A stretch of DNA of 64,000 nucleotides from positions 6,624,001 to 6,688,000 of the forward strand of contig CM000151.3 in the NCBI GenBank assembly GCA_000004695.1. Direction: 5' to 3'. Below are positions 52,259 through 63,999 of the stretch, in pieces. The stretch's first letter is position 1. Each line of letters opens with the position of its first letter. Source of the stretch: Dictyostelium discoideum. Its lineage: Eukaryota. The notes under the pieces were generated by a model. The model was not told where the DNA came from and made no database searches. It saw nothing but the letters and a program-made list of their open reading frames with translations. The position numbers and the translations under genes are program-made.

Positions 52259-55209
52259 TTATTTTTTAATTTTAAAATCATTACCAACCAATTCAATTTT
52301 CTCTTCATTTACTAATTTTGAAAGGAAAGCTTTTAATTCATGAATTGTACTTGTATAAAGTTCACTATTAAACATTGTTAACATTGAATGAATTCTTTCC
52401 AAAGGAAGGGTTTTGAAATTTATAAGCATACCAATAATAAAACTTTCAACGACTCTCATTTGTTCTTCTTTTTCTTTTGCAGATGTCGATTTTTCTTCTT
52501 CTTCTTCTTCAACTACAATATTATTATCATCATCATCATCATCACTACTACTTTCATCTTGATCATCATTTTCAATTTGTTGTTGTCTTTGTTTTTGTTC
52601 TTCTTTTTCTTTATTATTAATTTTATAAGTTTCATGAGAAGTTTCTTTAATAATTTGATTATTTAACCAAAATATTAATTTCTTTTTAACTAAATCTTTT
52701 GAAATTTCTAATTGTTTTGATAAATATTCTAAAGTAAGTTCTTTTTCATCATCATCATCGCCATCATCACTTTCAAATAACATAATTAAAGTTGCATGAA
52801 TTGGTGAAACTTGAAATGATTGAATATTATTGCCAATTTCTAAATCTAAATCAACTAAACCTAAATGTTGTTTCCAAATTAATTGTCTTGGTGTTTTAAT
52901 TCTTTCATATTCTTTACTATAAATTTGCATTTTCTTTTCAATTGATTTTGGATATTTAAATTCATCACCTTTTAAAGTTGGCCAAAATAACTGTGATAAT
53001 ATTAATGTTTCAAATTCTTTAAGTTCATTATTATTATTATTATTATTATTGTTATTGTTATTTACACCTTGACTATTTTTAATTTGTAAATTTAATCTTT
53101 TTGAATCAACCATATCTTTAATCATAATTTCACAATTAAATAAAACTGAATCACCAAATCTTAATTTTAATAATTCAATATTTTTAATTTCTTTATCTAA
53201 ATCAAAATCTACAACCGATAATAATCTATCTGATAACATTGATCTATATTCATTTATAAATAAATCTATACCATCATAAATATTTACTAAATGACTAATT
53301 GTATCTTTTTTTTTTTTTTTTTTATTATTGTTATTGGCTTTAGCATTACCAATTGAAATAGTAGTACTACTACCATCAATTTTATTTGGAATCCAAAATT
53401 TAAAATCATCAATTGATGAAAAATTATCACCTTCGTCAACATATAAATCACAATTACCAAAAGCTAAAAGTGAATTATTTGAATCATCATCACCACCATT
53501 ATCTTGTGGATCATAATTACAAAGTTCTTGATAGATTTCATTTGATTCTTCGGTGAAACTTGAAATGATACAACGAATTGTATCTTCACGTTGTGAAAGA
53601 TATTCTCTAATTGGTTTTCCAACTTTTTCCATTACCATACCTGATGGATCAATAATATCCATAGCATGAATTGTAGAAATATATTGAGTAATAATATCAC
53701 TTGTATTTGCACCTGGATGAAGTAATCTATTATGTAATACTCTCTTTAAATTGGTTATCATTGTTTTTTCAATTGGAATTTTTTGAAAACAAATTGATAA
53801 ATCTTCTAATGATGGTAAACTATCAGGATATTGTACAATCATATCAAAAAGTTCTGAAATTCTTTGTTGTGAATAGTTTTCATAAATTGAAAATTCTAAT
53901 CTTTTTTTCCATTGATTAAAAATTTTTAAACTATTTTCTTTATTTTCATCATCGTCATCGTCATCATTATCATCGTCATTGTTATTAATTATATCATTAT
54001 AATTATTTATTTTTGTTGTTGTCGTTGATGATAATAAAATCATTGCTAACCATTTAAAAATTACTTGATCAGCCCATTCTAAAATTGATTTTAAAAAGCT
54101 TTTTTCAAAAACACCTTTGCATCTTGTTTCAATGTATTCAAAAACTTTTTTAAATAAAATTTGTGTGAAAATCTCTTCTGAAATAACTATAAAATTTAAA
54201 TCTTGTAACTTTTTACATAAATCCATAAATGAATCCTCTTTAATATTAATATCAGTTATACTATCTTCAAATGACATTTCCATTATTATATAGGATTTTG
54301 ATTCTTCTTCATTTTCTTCTTCTTCTTCTTCTTCTTCTTGTTGTTGATCATTAAATTCTAAATCCTTACTATTATTATTATTTTCTTCTTCATCTTTTAA
54401 AATTTGTTTTTTTGAATGATAGAATGATTTTGTAAATGATATAAAATCACGTTCAAAAAACATAAATAAAATTGTATTAAAATATTTGGTTTGTTGATTT
54501 GTTGTATGCATTATATTTGTAATTAATAAATCTTGTAATTTTTTAATTAAAAAATTAAAATTATATGATTCCCTTTTTAATAATAATAATAATAATAATA
54601 AAATTAATAAATTAGTTTAAATAAATGAATGATTTTTTTTTTTTTTTTTTTTTTTTAATCACTTCTATATTTACTTTTTAAATAATAATTCATAAAATAA
54701 AAATAAATTTGATTTAAAAAAAGAAAATACTTTATGTAATAAATTAATTGATAATGCAAATTGATGATTTATAAATTTTAATTGTCTTCCTGATGTTGTT
54801 GATGAATCTAATTCCGCTAAATTTACATTATTAAAAAATTTCCAAAATTCATTTGATAATGTACTTTTAAAATATTTTTTAATTGATTCTTTTTTTTTTT
54901 TTTTTTTTTTTTTTTTTGTAATTGATTGAATCAAAAATAGAATATTAATATTGTTGTGTTGTGATAAAAATAATAATTAATATATGCACACCAATTATCG
55001 AGATAACACATACCAAAATACCAATCTAAAACTAAGGATTCTAATTTATAAAGTTTAACAAAATTAAATAATTGTTTTAAATTATTATCAATATTGTTTG
55101 GTGATTTTTGTTTGAAATTTAAAATTTCATTTTGTGATGGAATTGAAAATATTGATACAATCTTTTCCCATACAAGTATTGATTCTGTTTGTTCTTTGTT
55201 TTGAAACAT
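52259..55209 (-). CDS. anapc2: Anaphase-promoting complex subunit 2 (APC2, cullin-homology), 3 exons, about 907 aa
   Basis: Exons 55209..55014 (donor GTATGT), 54888..54675 (acceptor aaaaag; donor GTAAAT), 54572..52259 (acceptor aaaaag). The N-terminus aligns with human APC2 (LVLDWYF..ESIKKYFKSTLSNEFWKFFNNV versus VLEEWFVEVLQNDLQANISPEFWNAIS). Cullin region LVNIYDGIDLFINEYRSMLSDRLL...IKNIELLKLRFGDSVLFNCEIMIKDMVDSKRLNLQIK (cf. LVSIYGSKDLFINEYRSLLADRLL...VELLKLRFGEAPMHFCEVMLKDMADSRRINANIR). C-terminal ERIHSMLTMF (cf. DRIYNMLRMF). Confidence 0.7.
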
Positions 55210-55218
55210 TTTGGTCAA

Positions 55219-55259
<41 letters not shown>

Positions 55260-55319
55260 TTTTTCAATTTTTTTTTAAATTTTTTTTTTTTTTTTTTTTT
55301 TAATTTTAGCTTTTACAAA

Positions 55320-56012
55320 ATGACAACGATTAGAAGATTTGTTTGTGATGATTTATTTAAATTTAATAATATAAATTTAGATTATCTAACAGAAACTGTA
55401 AGATTCTAATAAAATAATTTTTTAAAATCTTTTTGAATTTTTACTAATTTTCTTTTTTTTTTTTTTTAGTATTACTTACCATTTTATTTACAATATTTAT
55501 CAAAATGGCCATCATTATTATCAATGGCTGAAGATGTAAATGGAAAACCAATGGGATATAGTAATATTATTATTATTTATATTAAAAATTTATAAATTAT
55601 ATATTTCAAAATTAAGTTACTAATTCTTTTAAATTTATTATTAAATTTGTTATTTTTAGTGATTGGTAAAGCAGAAGGTGAAGGTATTAATTGGCATGGA
55701 CATGTTACAGCAGTTTCAGTCGCACCAGAATTTAGAAGAATAGGTTTAGCAGATAGATTAATGCATATTTTAGAAGAAGGATCAGAAAAGATTTATGATG
55801 GTTATTTTGTGGATTTATTCGTTAGAAAATCAAATACATTAGCAATTAATATGTATACTAAATTTGGTTATTCAGTTTATAGAACGGTAATAGGATATTA
55901 TTCTGGTGATGAAGATGCACTAGATATGAGAAAAGCCTTACCTAGAGACGTGGAAAAGAAATCAATCATACCTCTCAAACATCCAGTTTATCCAACTGAT
56001 GCTGATTTGTAA
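55320..56012 (+). CDS. N-alpha-acetyltransferase 20 (NatB catalytic subunit, NAA20/Nat5), 3 exons, 173 aa
   Basis: Exons 55320..55397 (donor GTAAGA), 55470..55560 (acceptor ttttag; donor GTAATA), 55660..56012 (acceptor tttttag). MTTIRRFVCDDLFKFNNINLDYLTETV|YYLPFYLQYLSKWPSLLSMAEDVNGKPMGY|MIGKAEGEGINWHGHVTAVSVAPEFRRIGLADRLM...FVDLFVRKSNTLAINMYTKFGYSVYRTVIGYYS...DMRKALPRDVEKKSIIPL is collinear with human NAA20. Confidence 0.85.
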
Positions 56013-56525
56013 TATCTATCAGTACTAGTATTTTTAATCGCTTTATTGTTTTTTTTATTTTGGAATTTTGAAGAGATTGATCACTCTAGTTATGATTAGT
56101 TATATATAAATAAAAAAAAATAAAATAAAAAAAAAGAAAAAAGAAAAAAAAAAAAACCTCATTTAAATTTATTTAGGGTTTTGTGTTTTTAAACACTTTT
56201 GTGGTGGTTTTTGTTGAGCTGGATGGACCACTTTCATTATTATTTCAAACTGGTTTACAATATAATGAATTACTTTGATAAGTTTTTATAATAATGATTA
56301 ACAAGTAAACAATAATAATTAAAATAATAATTTATTTATTTAGTTTTATATATTTAAGAGTTTTAGTTCGAAAATAACTAAAACTCGAAAAATAAAAAAA
56401 CTGAAAAAATGAAAAAATAAAATTAGTTTTAATTCACGCTTTAATTATGTGTTCCTTTGTTGACAATTAATTAATTAAAACAGAATTGAACCGGTAACCT
56501 ATTTTTATTTTTCTAAAAAAAAGAA

Positions 56526-56615
56526 TGCCCGAGCTCAGAATCGAACTGAGGACCCTCTGTTATCGCTTTAGCACATAGTACAAGACAGATATAATAACCA
56601 CTATACGACACGGGC
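56526..56615 (-). tRNA. Intron-containing tRNA gene (anticodon reads UGU=Thr with the canonical loop, or GUA=Tyr if the stem is shifted by 1)
   Basis: Minus strand: GCCCGTG-TC-GTATAGTGGTTATTATA-TCTGT-CTTGTA[about 17-nt insert CTATGTGCTAAAGCGAT]A-ACAGA-GGGTC-CTCAG-TTCGATT-CTGAG-CTCGGGC-A. A box TATAGTGG, B box GGTTCGATTCTGAG. One T-T mismatch in the acceptor stem. A T8 Pol III terminator and an exB box GGTTCAATTCTG (56481..56492) follow. Confidence 0.6.
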
Positions 56616-57537
56616 TTTCGATGAAAATTGTTTTAAAAAACCTCACTCACTTTCATTAAATATTATATATAATTTTTGTCACACTATTCAATTCTAATCT
56701 TTTTATTTAAAAACACTTTTTTTATAATAAATTTTATTTTTTATTTATATTTATTTATATTCATGTTTATAGCTTATTAATTTTTAACATACTAAAACAA
56801 CCTTGAAATTAACCTAAAACTAACCCACTGAAAATAAAATAATATTTTCTTTTTATACTAATAAAATGACATTCTAAAAAATAGATTTAAATAATGCTTA
56901 TTTTGAATATTTGAGACACATATGAATATTATACAGATTTTATAAAATGATTATTAGAAAATATATTTGACACACATTATTGATTATTTTACATTTTTTA
57001 TAAAATTACATTTGTAATGAAAGCGAAAGAGGTTTCATTACAAATCAAATTTAAACTCCTAAAAAAGATAATTCAAAGAAACCAAATACTTTACAATTCA
57101 ATCAAAAAAGGTAAAAAAAGGTTAAAATAAGAACGTATTTTTCAATTGAAAGTCAACCAACCTTAAACCAAATTTATTCTGAATTAAAACCTAAATTTTT
57201 AAATAATAGTTCCAAGTTGCCAGAATTAATATATAAAACATTATTGGGCCCATTGTTTTAAATAATTTCAAACTCAATAATGGAATTAACTTGGGCCATT
57301 GGAAAAATTTCTAAAACAGGATAAAATATTGGAAAAATAAAAATATAGATATATTAATTAATCATTTAATATATTATTTAATTAAATTGATACTAAAATA
57401 AATTTATCCAACTCTACTTTCAAAAATACAAGTTAGGTTTGGAAATAGTGTTTTAAAACATTTTGAAAATTTTTTTTTTAAATTTTTTTTAAAGTTTTTT
57501 TTTATTTAATTTTATTTTAATATTATTTATTATTTTT

Positions 57538-60500
57538 TTAAATATCAGATTTCCATGAACTGATTGAAACTGATCTTTGATACCAATTTTGTTTTGAAGT
57601 TGATTGATCATATGGTAAATCTATAGAGAATAATAATTCCGATCTAGTTTCATTGAGATAGACTGGTACAGATAGTTTTGAAGATGAATTGTTAAAGATT
57701 GGATCATCTTTATCTTTCCAAGTTAAAGTAGCGATTGAAATTGGAGTTGAGAGGATATCGGTTGGTGTGAGTTGATCATTGTTCCAAACAGCACCTTCTA
57801 AAGCCATACCTTTAACATTGAAACTAGCACCACCTTCTGAAGAGATTTTACCCAATGAGGAAGCGTGTAATCTAAGGTTTTCTAAGGACCAACCATTCAA
57901 TTGAGAAGCGGATTGTCTAGTAGCGGTAATGTAAGCTTCTGGATTTAATAAACCACCCAACCAAACTTGAATGGAACTATAATCTGAACTTTCTGAAATC
58001 TCTGATAATTGTTGCATTCTCTTTGAGAAATCAGAGATCCAAACTGAAAGACTAATGGTTTCAGGTACTGAATACCATTTCCATTCTTTTGGAACGATAC
58101 CTTTAGAGATTGAAGTGGTAAGTGAACGAAGATAATTGGTTGATTTAATATTACCAGAAATTAGTTCTAAAAGATTTGCGAGATCATTGGTAATCTTTTT
58201 AACTAATTTACCACCAGTTGAAATTTCTCTTTCAAAGCAACGGAATAATGGATCTTTAATATTTTGAGTGGTTCTCTTTAATTGTTTCAATGGTTTTGGT
58301 AAGAGTTTAGTCCATTCAGTGATGGTTGCTCTAAGTTTAGCTTTACCTTTATCTTCTGATGATGATGATGATGATTCTTTCTTTGAACTACCACTAACTT
58401 GATCATCTTCACCATCTTCTTCAGATGATTGCATTTTTTGGAGATCATTAATCATCTTTCTAGCTTTATTTGACAAGAGTAATGATTCAGCATTTTCAGG
58501 TAAACCTAACCAAATTGGAGTTGAAATCTCTGGTAAAGCTTCAATCCATTTCATAAAGTGAGCACGAGTTGTACCTTCTGGAACTGATAAACCAATGGAT
58601 GGTACTAATGGGAAATCTGGATTGAATGCACTTGGAGTAAAAAGTTGTTCAAGGAATGAATAAAGTAAACGCATATCAAATTCATTATCAATTCTACCAC
58701 CATAAATTGTACTACCTAAAATGGTACGAACAGCGATCCATGGAATCTTGTCTGGATCAATGTTACTTCTACCTTTACTATAGAGATCAACCCAATAATC
58801 GATTGAATCTAGGGCACCACGTAAATCGGCATCATTGAATTCAAAGAATTTAGTCCAACCCAATGGAATATAACGAAGTCTTTCTTGAATGATTGCATGG
58901 AACCAAGCTAAAAGGAAATAGATACGTGAACGTTCTGCTGGTTGTTTATCCATACGAGTTGCAGGAATACCAATAAAGGTATGTAAAAGATTAGCTTTAA
59001 CACCTGGTGGATTTTCATAAGAGAATACATTTGACATACGAAGAAGATTTGCTGGAAGAGCTGGATGAATTTCAGAGGTCATAAATAATCTAAAGCTTGG
59101 ATGTGGAGAGAGTGAATGAAGTTTCTTTTCCAATTGTACCAACCATTGTGGTGCCAAATGAATATTCTTTAATAATACCCAAGTACCAGATTTAGCGGCG
59201 GCATAAATTGATTTCTCGGCTAATTCAAAACCTTCAGGTGAACCAATAGCAAATGACTTATATTGTTTATGTAATTGTAATGCTAAATCATCGACTTTAC
59301 TTGATGCATCATAACCTGGAACTGAACATAATAACAATGGTGATGAAGATTTAACCTCTTTCTCTACAATGTTTGCCATATCTAATTCTTGAGTATTTAA
59401 GAAATCTTCACCAAATACTGAACAAACAAAACTATGAGAATATTGTAAAACTCTATCACTATGGAAAGCTTTCATTAAAAGAATTTTTCTAAAGTTTGAA
59501 ACAATGGTTGATTGTTGATTAGAAAGTTGAGCTTGAGCTACGATCCAAGATTCTGGAATGATTGGTTCACCAACTTGATCTTTACCAAAGAATTGTTTCC
59601 AATCGGAAGAGTTTTGTTGAATATGATCAACCAATTTAGAGAATGATGGAACTTGTTGTCTAAGACAAATTAACCATTTTTGTTGAGTAGTTGATAATAA
59701 TGAATCCAATTGTGGAATGGTTTCTTTGATTGATGTTAAATTATCACCACCTTTCAAAAGGAAGTCCCATTCACTTTCTTCGATTTCATTGGATGTACCT
59801 TTAACTGAAATGATAGTTAATTGAAGTGCAAATGTTAATTTATCATCATTTAAGAGTGTACGAGTTACACGATTGAAAGTCATTGAGAAAATATCTTTTG
59901 ATAAATAAACCAAACGTTCATTTGGATCTTTTTTATCGACTAAATTTGGATTATTATTAAGTAGATTATAAAAGATATCCAAGAAAGCACGTAAAGAGAA
60001 TTGGTAGAGATGGAATTGAGAAAGTTCTTCCATTGCAAAGTAAACACGTGAACATGAGAGAGCCATTGGATTATAAAGAGCTGAAACTTCACTAATTTCT
60101 TGCATAACGGTCTCGGTTTCTTCAACTTTAAGTGCAATTTCAGTGGTTTCTTTCTTTAATGTTTCAAGGGTTGAAATGACAGAATCATCATCTAAAATGT
60201 TACCAGAGGCTTGGGAAAGAGCATTCAATAAAGATTTTTCGAGAATTCTTAATTTAACTTGGAATTCACCTTGAATCTTGAGGAGATCAGAACGTTTCTT
60301 ATGAGTATCTGGTCTTTCAGTTTTAAGAGCTTCATGAAGACATTGACTTTGAAGTGAGGATGGAGTGACAGTGAAATTTACAAAGGTAACACGAGAACAA
60401 AGATCTGGAGTAAAGTGAGCGGTTGGGTCACGAGTGAACAAAAAGATCATAAAGGATGGAGAGAAATCGACATCTTGATCACCTAAACGAATGAGAATAC

Positions 60501-63500
60501 GACCACCTTTCTTACGAATTTCTTTATTGAGTACTGGATTCAATACTGGATCAATGTTTTCAACATCTTGTACCAATAATGGACAACCAAATCTGAGAGC
60601 ACTCTCTAAATTCTTCATAAATGATGAATCGAGGAAACTAGTTTTGGTAATCTTTTTGTCGGCATATTGATTCATAAGGAATTCCATGGCTTGACCAGAT
60701 GGATCTATAACCAATGGATAACGATTGAAACGTTTAAGCATGATTGCATTTTCAATACATAATTCATCGGATGGTAAAGAATTTGCATGCCAGTTAAGAC
60801 GTTCTTCTGGTTTGGAAAGGAAAGATGGTACTGATAGATCACTCTTGAATTTAATACCAACTGAATCTAAACGAATCATCCATTTTCTCATAAGGTCAGT
60901 ACGGAAGTTTTGATCAAAGAAACCAATATATGCAAGGAAAGCAGATGCTAAAACAACATCACCAACAACAGTTGACATTTGAGTGTTAAAGTTTTCACTT
61001 TGTTGTTCCCATCTACCACGTTCAGAGTTAAGATTATCTAAAAGAGCAATTGAACGATCGACCTTATTCTTGACTTTACTTGATTCGGTTTTAATTTGTT
61101 CAGTTTCACGAATTAAAGTTGCATACTCTTCCTTATAGGTGGCAATAGATTTCTCCAAGGCAGTAATGGTGGCAACGATTTCATCTTGTTTCAATTTCAA
61201 TTCATTTGCAGCGTTTTCTAATTGTTCAACCTCTTCACGTAATGGTTTAATACGATCTAAAATTTCAGAGTAATAAGTTTGAGCGGTTGCCCATTTAACC
61301 AATGGACCACAAGCTTTGGAGGCACGATTAACTGTTTCATAATCGAAACCTGGATCTTCTAAATAACCTTTGGTAATGGCTTCTCTGATTTTTGGTGTCA
61401 TCATTTTCTTTGTATCATAATTAATAATCGAGGTAATGAAATTTGGTTCCATAATCTTCTTTCTAATATCTGCCCATTCTAATTTCTTACCACCCAACAT
61501 TAAACAAACTGCTTCCATTGCCAATTTGACTGGAGTTGGTGGTTTTGGTAAAGATTTAATTTCATCCAAATGTTTCTTTTTAATGGTGGATACAGCTTCT
61601 TGAGCTTCGATAATGGCTGGTTCAGCTTTTTCTAAATCTGCATAAGCTTTAACTTTTTGAACGGCAATCTCTTTGTTTCTAACATCCAATTGAACTTGAA
61701 GTTCACGAGCATCCTTTTGTTTAATTTCAGCTGCTTGTTGATCTTGAACCATTTGTTTTAATTTTTGATTGGCTTGTTCATTCTTAACATCGAGTTCACG
61801 ATTCTTTTGAGCTAAACTAACTTGAAGATCTTTAACTTGAGCCTCAGTATCACGTAATTTCTTAAGACCAATATTGAGATGAAGTTGTTCCTCTTCTAAT
61901 TGATCACGTTTCTCATTGATTAATAATACCACTTGATTAATGAAATCCAAATAATGACGTGGAGTTACATAATTTTGACGACCTTGACGTTTAAGTAAAC
62001 GAATATTGGCTTCACCAATGGTTTGATGAATATAAACCAATGAACTTACGACTGCATCACGATGTGATGGTGGGATGGCCATTAAATTATTACCCATTAT
62101 CTCTGCTTCTTGAATGAAAACTGGTGGAGCAATGTATTGTGGATTTTCAAGATCGAGATTTCTAGTGAATTCAGAACCAACTTGGAATAAAGCTTCTGGT
62201 GACCATTCACCAAACCAATCCAAAACACAACGATTGAAAAGTGCAGGAGAGGTAGCTGAACGATTGTGGAAATCTGGACTTGCTGGATTCATTGTGAAAA
62301 CTACATGAAGATTACGACGAACTTGACTTGTAAAGTATTTGTAAAGTTCTTCTTCAGAATCTAAAATGAGACCATTTCTTTGGGCGGTTTCTTTACAAGC
62401 ATGCATGAGTGCAGTGAATTCTTCACCTTCGAAAAGACCTGGAACTTCACCACCTGCCAATAGAGTATTCATACGTTCAAGGAAAGATGATTCTAAAACA
62501 TTGGATTCATCGAAAATGAAACAAATCTTCTCTTCTTTACAACCTGCACGTTTTAATAACATACGAAGATCATCATCGAAATCAGAGGATTTATAATTGT
62601 TGTTAACTTTGATTGTATAGATTGATAAACCATTCATCCAAGCGACAAAACGTGATAAAACTGATTTACCACCACCAGATACACCAATTAAAAGTGCATG
62701 ACCTTGTGGTTGACGGAAAACACGATCAATTCTAAGAATATGATCCAATACTTCATTGAATAATACCAATGGAACATCCAACTCTTCTTCATAGAATACC
62801 TTTAATCTTGCTTTGACATATTCACGAAGATCTGAACGATTAACTGGTTGATAATCTTTGGTTAACCAATTACTATAGAGGATTGGACGTTTCAAAGCAT
62901 CTAAATTAACAGATGGGAAATGTTTAAGAGCTACTTCATCAATCTTTTTATCGGTCCATTCTTTTTCTTCAGTTTCAACGAGACGATCTTGGAATAATCT
63001 AAGAGCTTCATGGGCCCATAAACGTACTAAACCTTCCAATGTACAACCATCCATAGTTTGAATTGCCTCTAAGAGAGCACGATCCCAACGAGAGAGTTCA
63101 CGTGGTGAATAAATGTAATGAGCTTGAATATCAGGAGTGAAACGTTTTTGAGATTCACTATAGAATTCAACCATTGCATCGGTTAAATTATCAGCGAATG
63201 AACGAAGATTTGGTAAAAGTTTCATTAAGGCTCTATTAAAAGTACCATAGATTTGAGTGAGAGATGAAGTTGATGGGAAATCTACCAATAAGATTGGAGC
63301 ATGTCTAAGGAAACGATGAGTTAATTGAACACGACCAGCATCAGTTGGTGGATTACATGCACCAACGAATTGAATCTTATCCAATTTAATCCAAGTATGA
63401 TCGGATGTTCTCCAGAAACCACCTTTTTCAACCATTTGACGAATGAATGTAATAACACGTTGAGTGCCATATTTATCAGTGGATGGAAGATTGATTTCAT

Positions 63501-63999
63501 CACAAAATACTACTAACCATTTACCTAATTGAGTTGGACGAAGTACAGTTTCACCACTTGGTGTACGTTTATATTCACAATGATGATCGAATGTCTTGAG
63601 TAAAAGTTCTGGTGTTGTTGCTGAACTGAAATTCAATGAAACCACCTCAAAGTCTGGGAAAGCACGAAGTGTACTTGTGAGTGTCATGGTTTTACCAGAA
63701 CCTGGTGGACCACAAAGAATCAATGGACGATGTTCAGATAACCAAGCATGTAATACATCAACATGACGAGTTGTATCAACGGTTGGAATGACAACATCTG
63801 GTGAGGCAACTTTATGAGTTTCAACTTCAACTGATGGTACTTTATTCTTCCATAAACTCCAATTGGCATCATCAATTGATACGGAATAATCTAACAATGG
63901 AATAGTATTGGCTGGAACTGGAGTAATTGCAATGGTTTGAATGAATTTAGAGAAGTTCTCTCTTTCAACTAAACCCATACTACCACCTAAACCCCACAT
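57538..63999 (-). CDS. dhcA: Cytoplasmic dynein heavy chain, C-terminal about 2153 aa (partial; the 5' end lies beyond the window)
   Basis: Continuous 6.4-kb ORF running off the window edge. AAA+ P-loops (LILCGPPGSGKTMTL; LLIGVSGGGKSVLSRF), the stalk coiled coil, AAA5/6 and the C-terminal domain. Typical dynein motor architecture. Confidence 0.9.
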   Translation of the reverse strand: MWGLGGSMGLVERENFSKFIQTIAITPVPANTIPLLDYSVSIDDANWSLWKNKVPSVEVETHKVASPDVVIPTVDTTRHVDVLHAWLSEHRPLILCGPPGSGKTMTLTSTLRAFPDFEVVSLNFSSATTPELLLKTFDHHCEYKRTPSGETVLRPTQLGKWLVVFCDEINLPSTDKYGTQRVITFIRQMVEKGGFWRTSDHTWIKLDKIQFVGACNPPTDAGRVQLTHRFLRHAPILLVDFPSTSSLTQIYGTFNRALMKLLPNLRSFADNLTDAMVEFYSESQKRFTPDIQAHYIYSPRELSRWDRALLEAIQTMDGCTLEGLVRLWAHEALRLFQDRLVETEEKEWTDKKIDEVALKHFPSVNLDALKRPILYSNWLTKDYQPVNRSDLREYVKARLKVFYEEELDVPLVLFNEVLDHILRIDRVFRQPQGHALLIGVSGGGKSVLSRFVAWMNGLSIYTIKVNNNYKSSDFDDDLRMLLKRAGCKEEKICFIFDESNVLESSFLERMNTLLAGGEVPGLFEGEEFTALMHACKETAQRNGLILDSEEELYKYFTSQVRRNLHVVFTMNPASPDFHNRSATSPALFNRCVLDWFGEWSPEALFQVGSEFTRNLDLENPQYIAPPVFIQEAEIMGNNLMAIPPSHRDAVVSSLVYIHQTIGEANIRLLKRQGRQNYVTPRHYLDFINQVVLLINEKRDQLEEEQLHLNIGLKKLRDTEAQVKDLQVSLAQKNRELDVKNEQANQKLKQMVQDQQAAEIKQKDARELQVQLDVRNKEIAVQKVKAYADLEKAEPAIIEAQEAVSTIKKKHLDEIKSLPKPPTPVKLAMEAVCLMLGGKKLEWADIRKKIMEPNFITSIINYDTKKMMTPKIREAITKGYLEDPGFDYETVNRASKACGPLVKWATAQTYYSEILDRIKPLREEVEQLENAANELKLKQDEIVATITALEKSIATYKEEYATLIRETEQIKTESSKVKNKVDRSIALLDNLNSERGRWEQQSENFNTQMSTVVGDVVLASAFLAYIGFFDQNFRTDLMRKWMIRLDSVGIKFKSDLSVPSFLSKPEERLNWHANSLPSDELCIENAIMLKRFNRYPLVIDPSGQAMEFLMNQYADKKITKTSFLDSSFMKNLESALRFGCPLLVQDVENIDPVLNPVLNKEIRKKGGRILIRLGDQDVDFSPSFMIFLFTRDPTAHFTPDLCSRVTFVNFTVTPSSLQSQCLHEALKTERPDTHKKRSDLLKIQGEFQVKLRILEKSLLNALSQASGNILDDDSVISTLETLKKETTEIALKVEETETVMQEISEVSALYNPMALSCSRVYFAMEELSQFHLYQFSLRAFLDIFYNLLNNNPNLVDKKDPNERLVYLSKDIFSMTFNRVTRTLLNDDKLTFALQLTIISVKGTSNEIEESEWDFLLKGGDNLTSIKETIPQLDSLLSTTQQKWLICLRQQVPSFSKLVDHIQQNSSDWKQFFGKDQVGEPIIPESWIVAQAQLSNQQSTIVSNFRKILLMKAFHSDRVLQYSHSFVCSVFGEDFLNTQELDMANIVEKEVKSSSPLLLCSVPGYDASSKVDDLALQLHKQYKSFAIGSPEGFELAEKSIYAAAKSGTWVLLKNIHLAPQWLVQLEKKLHSLSPHPSFRLFMTSEIHPALPANLLRMSNVFSYENPPGVKANLLHTFIGIPATRMDKQPAERSRIYFLLAWFHAIIQERLRYIPLGWTKFFEFNDADLRGALDSIDYWVDLYSKGRSNIDPDKIPWIAVRTILGSTIYGGRIDNEFDMRLLYSFLEQLFTPSAFNPDFPLVPSIGLSVPEGTTRAHFMKWIEALPEISTPIWLGLPENAESLLLSNKARKMINDLQKMQSSEEDGEDDQVSGSSKKESSSSSSEDKGKAKLRATITEWTKLLPKPLKQLKRTTQNIKDPLFRCFEREISTGGKLVKKITNDLANLLELISGNIKSTNYLRSLTTSISKGIVPKEWKWYSVPETISLSVWISDFSKRMQQLSEISESSDYSSIQVWLGGLLNPEAYITATRQSASQLNGWSLENLRLHASSLGKISSEGGASFNVKGMALEGAVWNNDQLTPTDILSTPISIATLTWKDKDDPIFNNSSSKLSVPVYLNETRSELLFSIDLPYDQSTSKQNWYQRSVSISSWKSDI

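Noticed and set aside
52388-53919. Small plus-strand ORFs inside APC2 (52388..52666, 53328..53516, 53701..53919)
   Set aside because: Antisense to a conserved minus-strand CDS.
58656-63516. Plus-strand ORFs inside dhcA (58656..58838, 60725..60913, 62114..62308, 62366..62596, 63325..63516)
   Set aside because: Antisense to the dynein heavy-chain CDS. They have no independent features.
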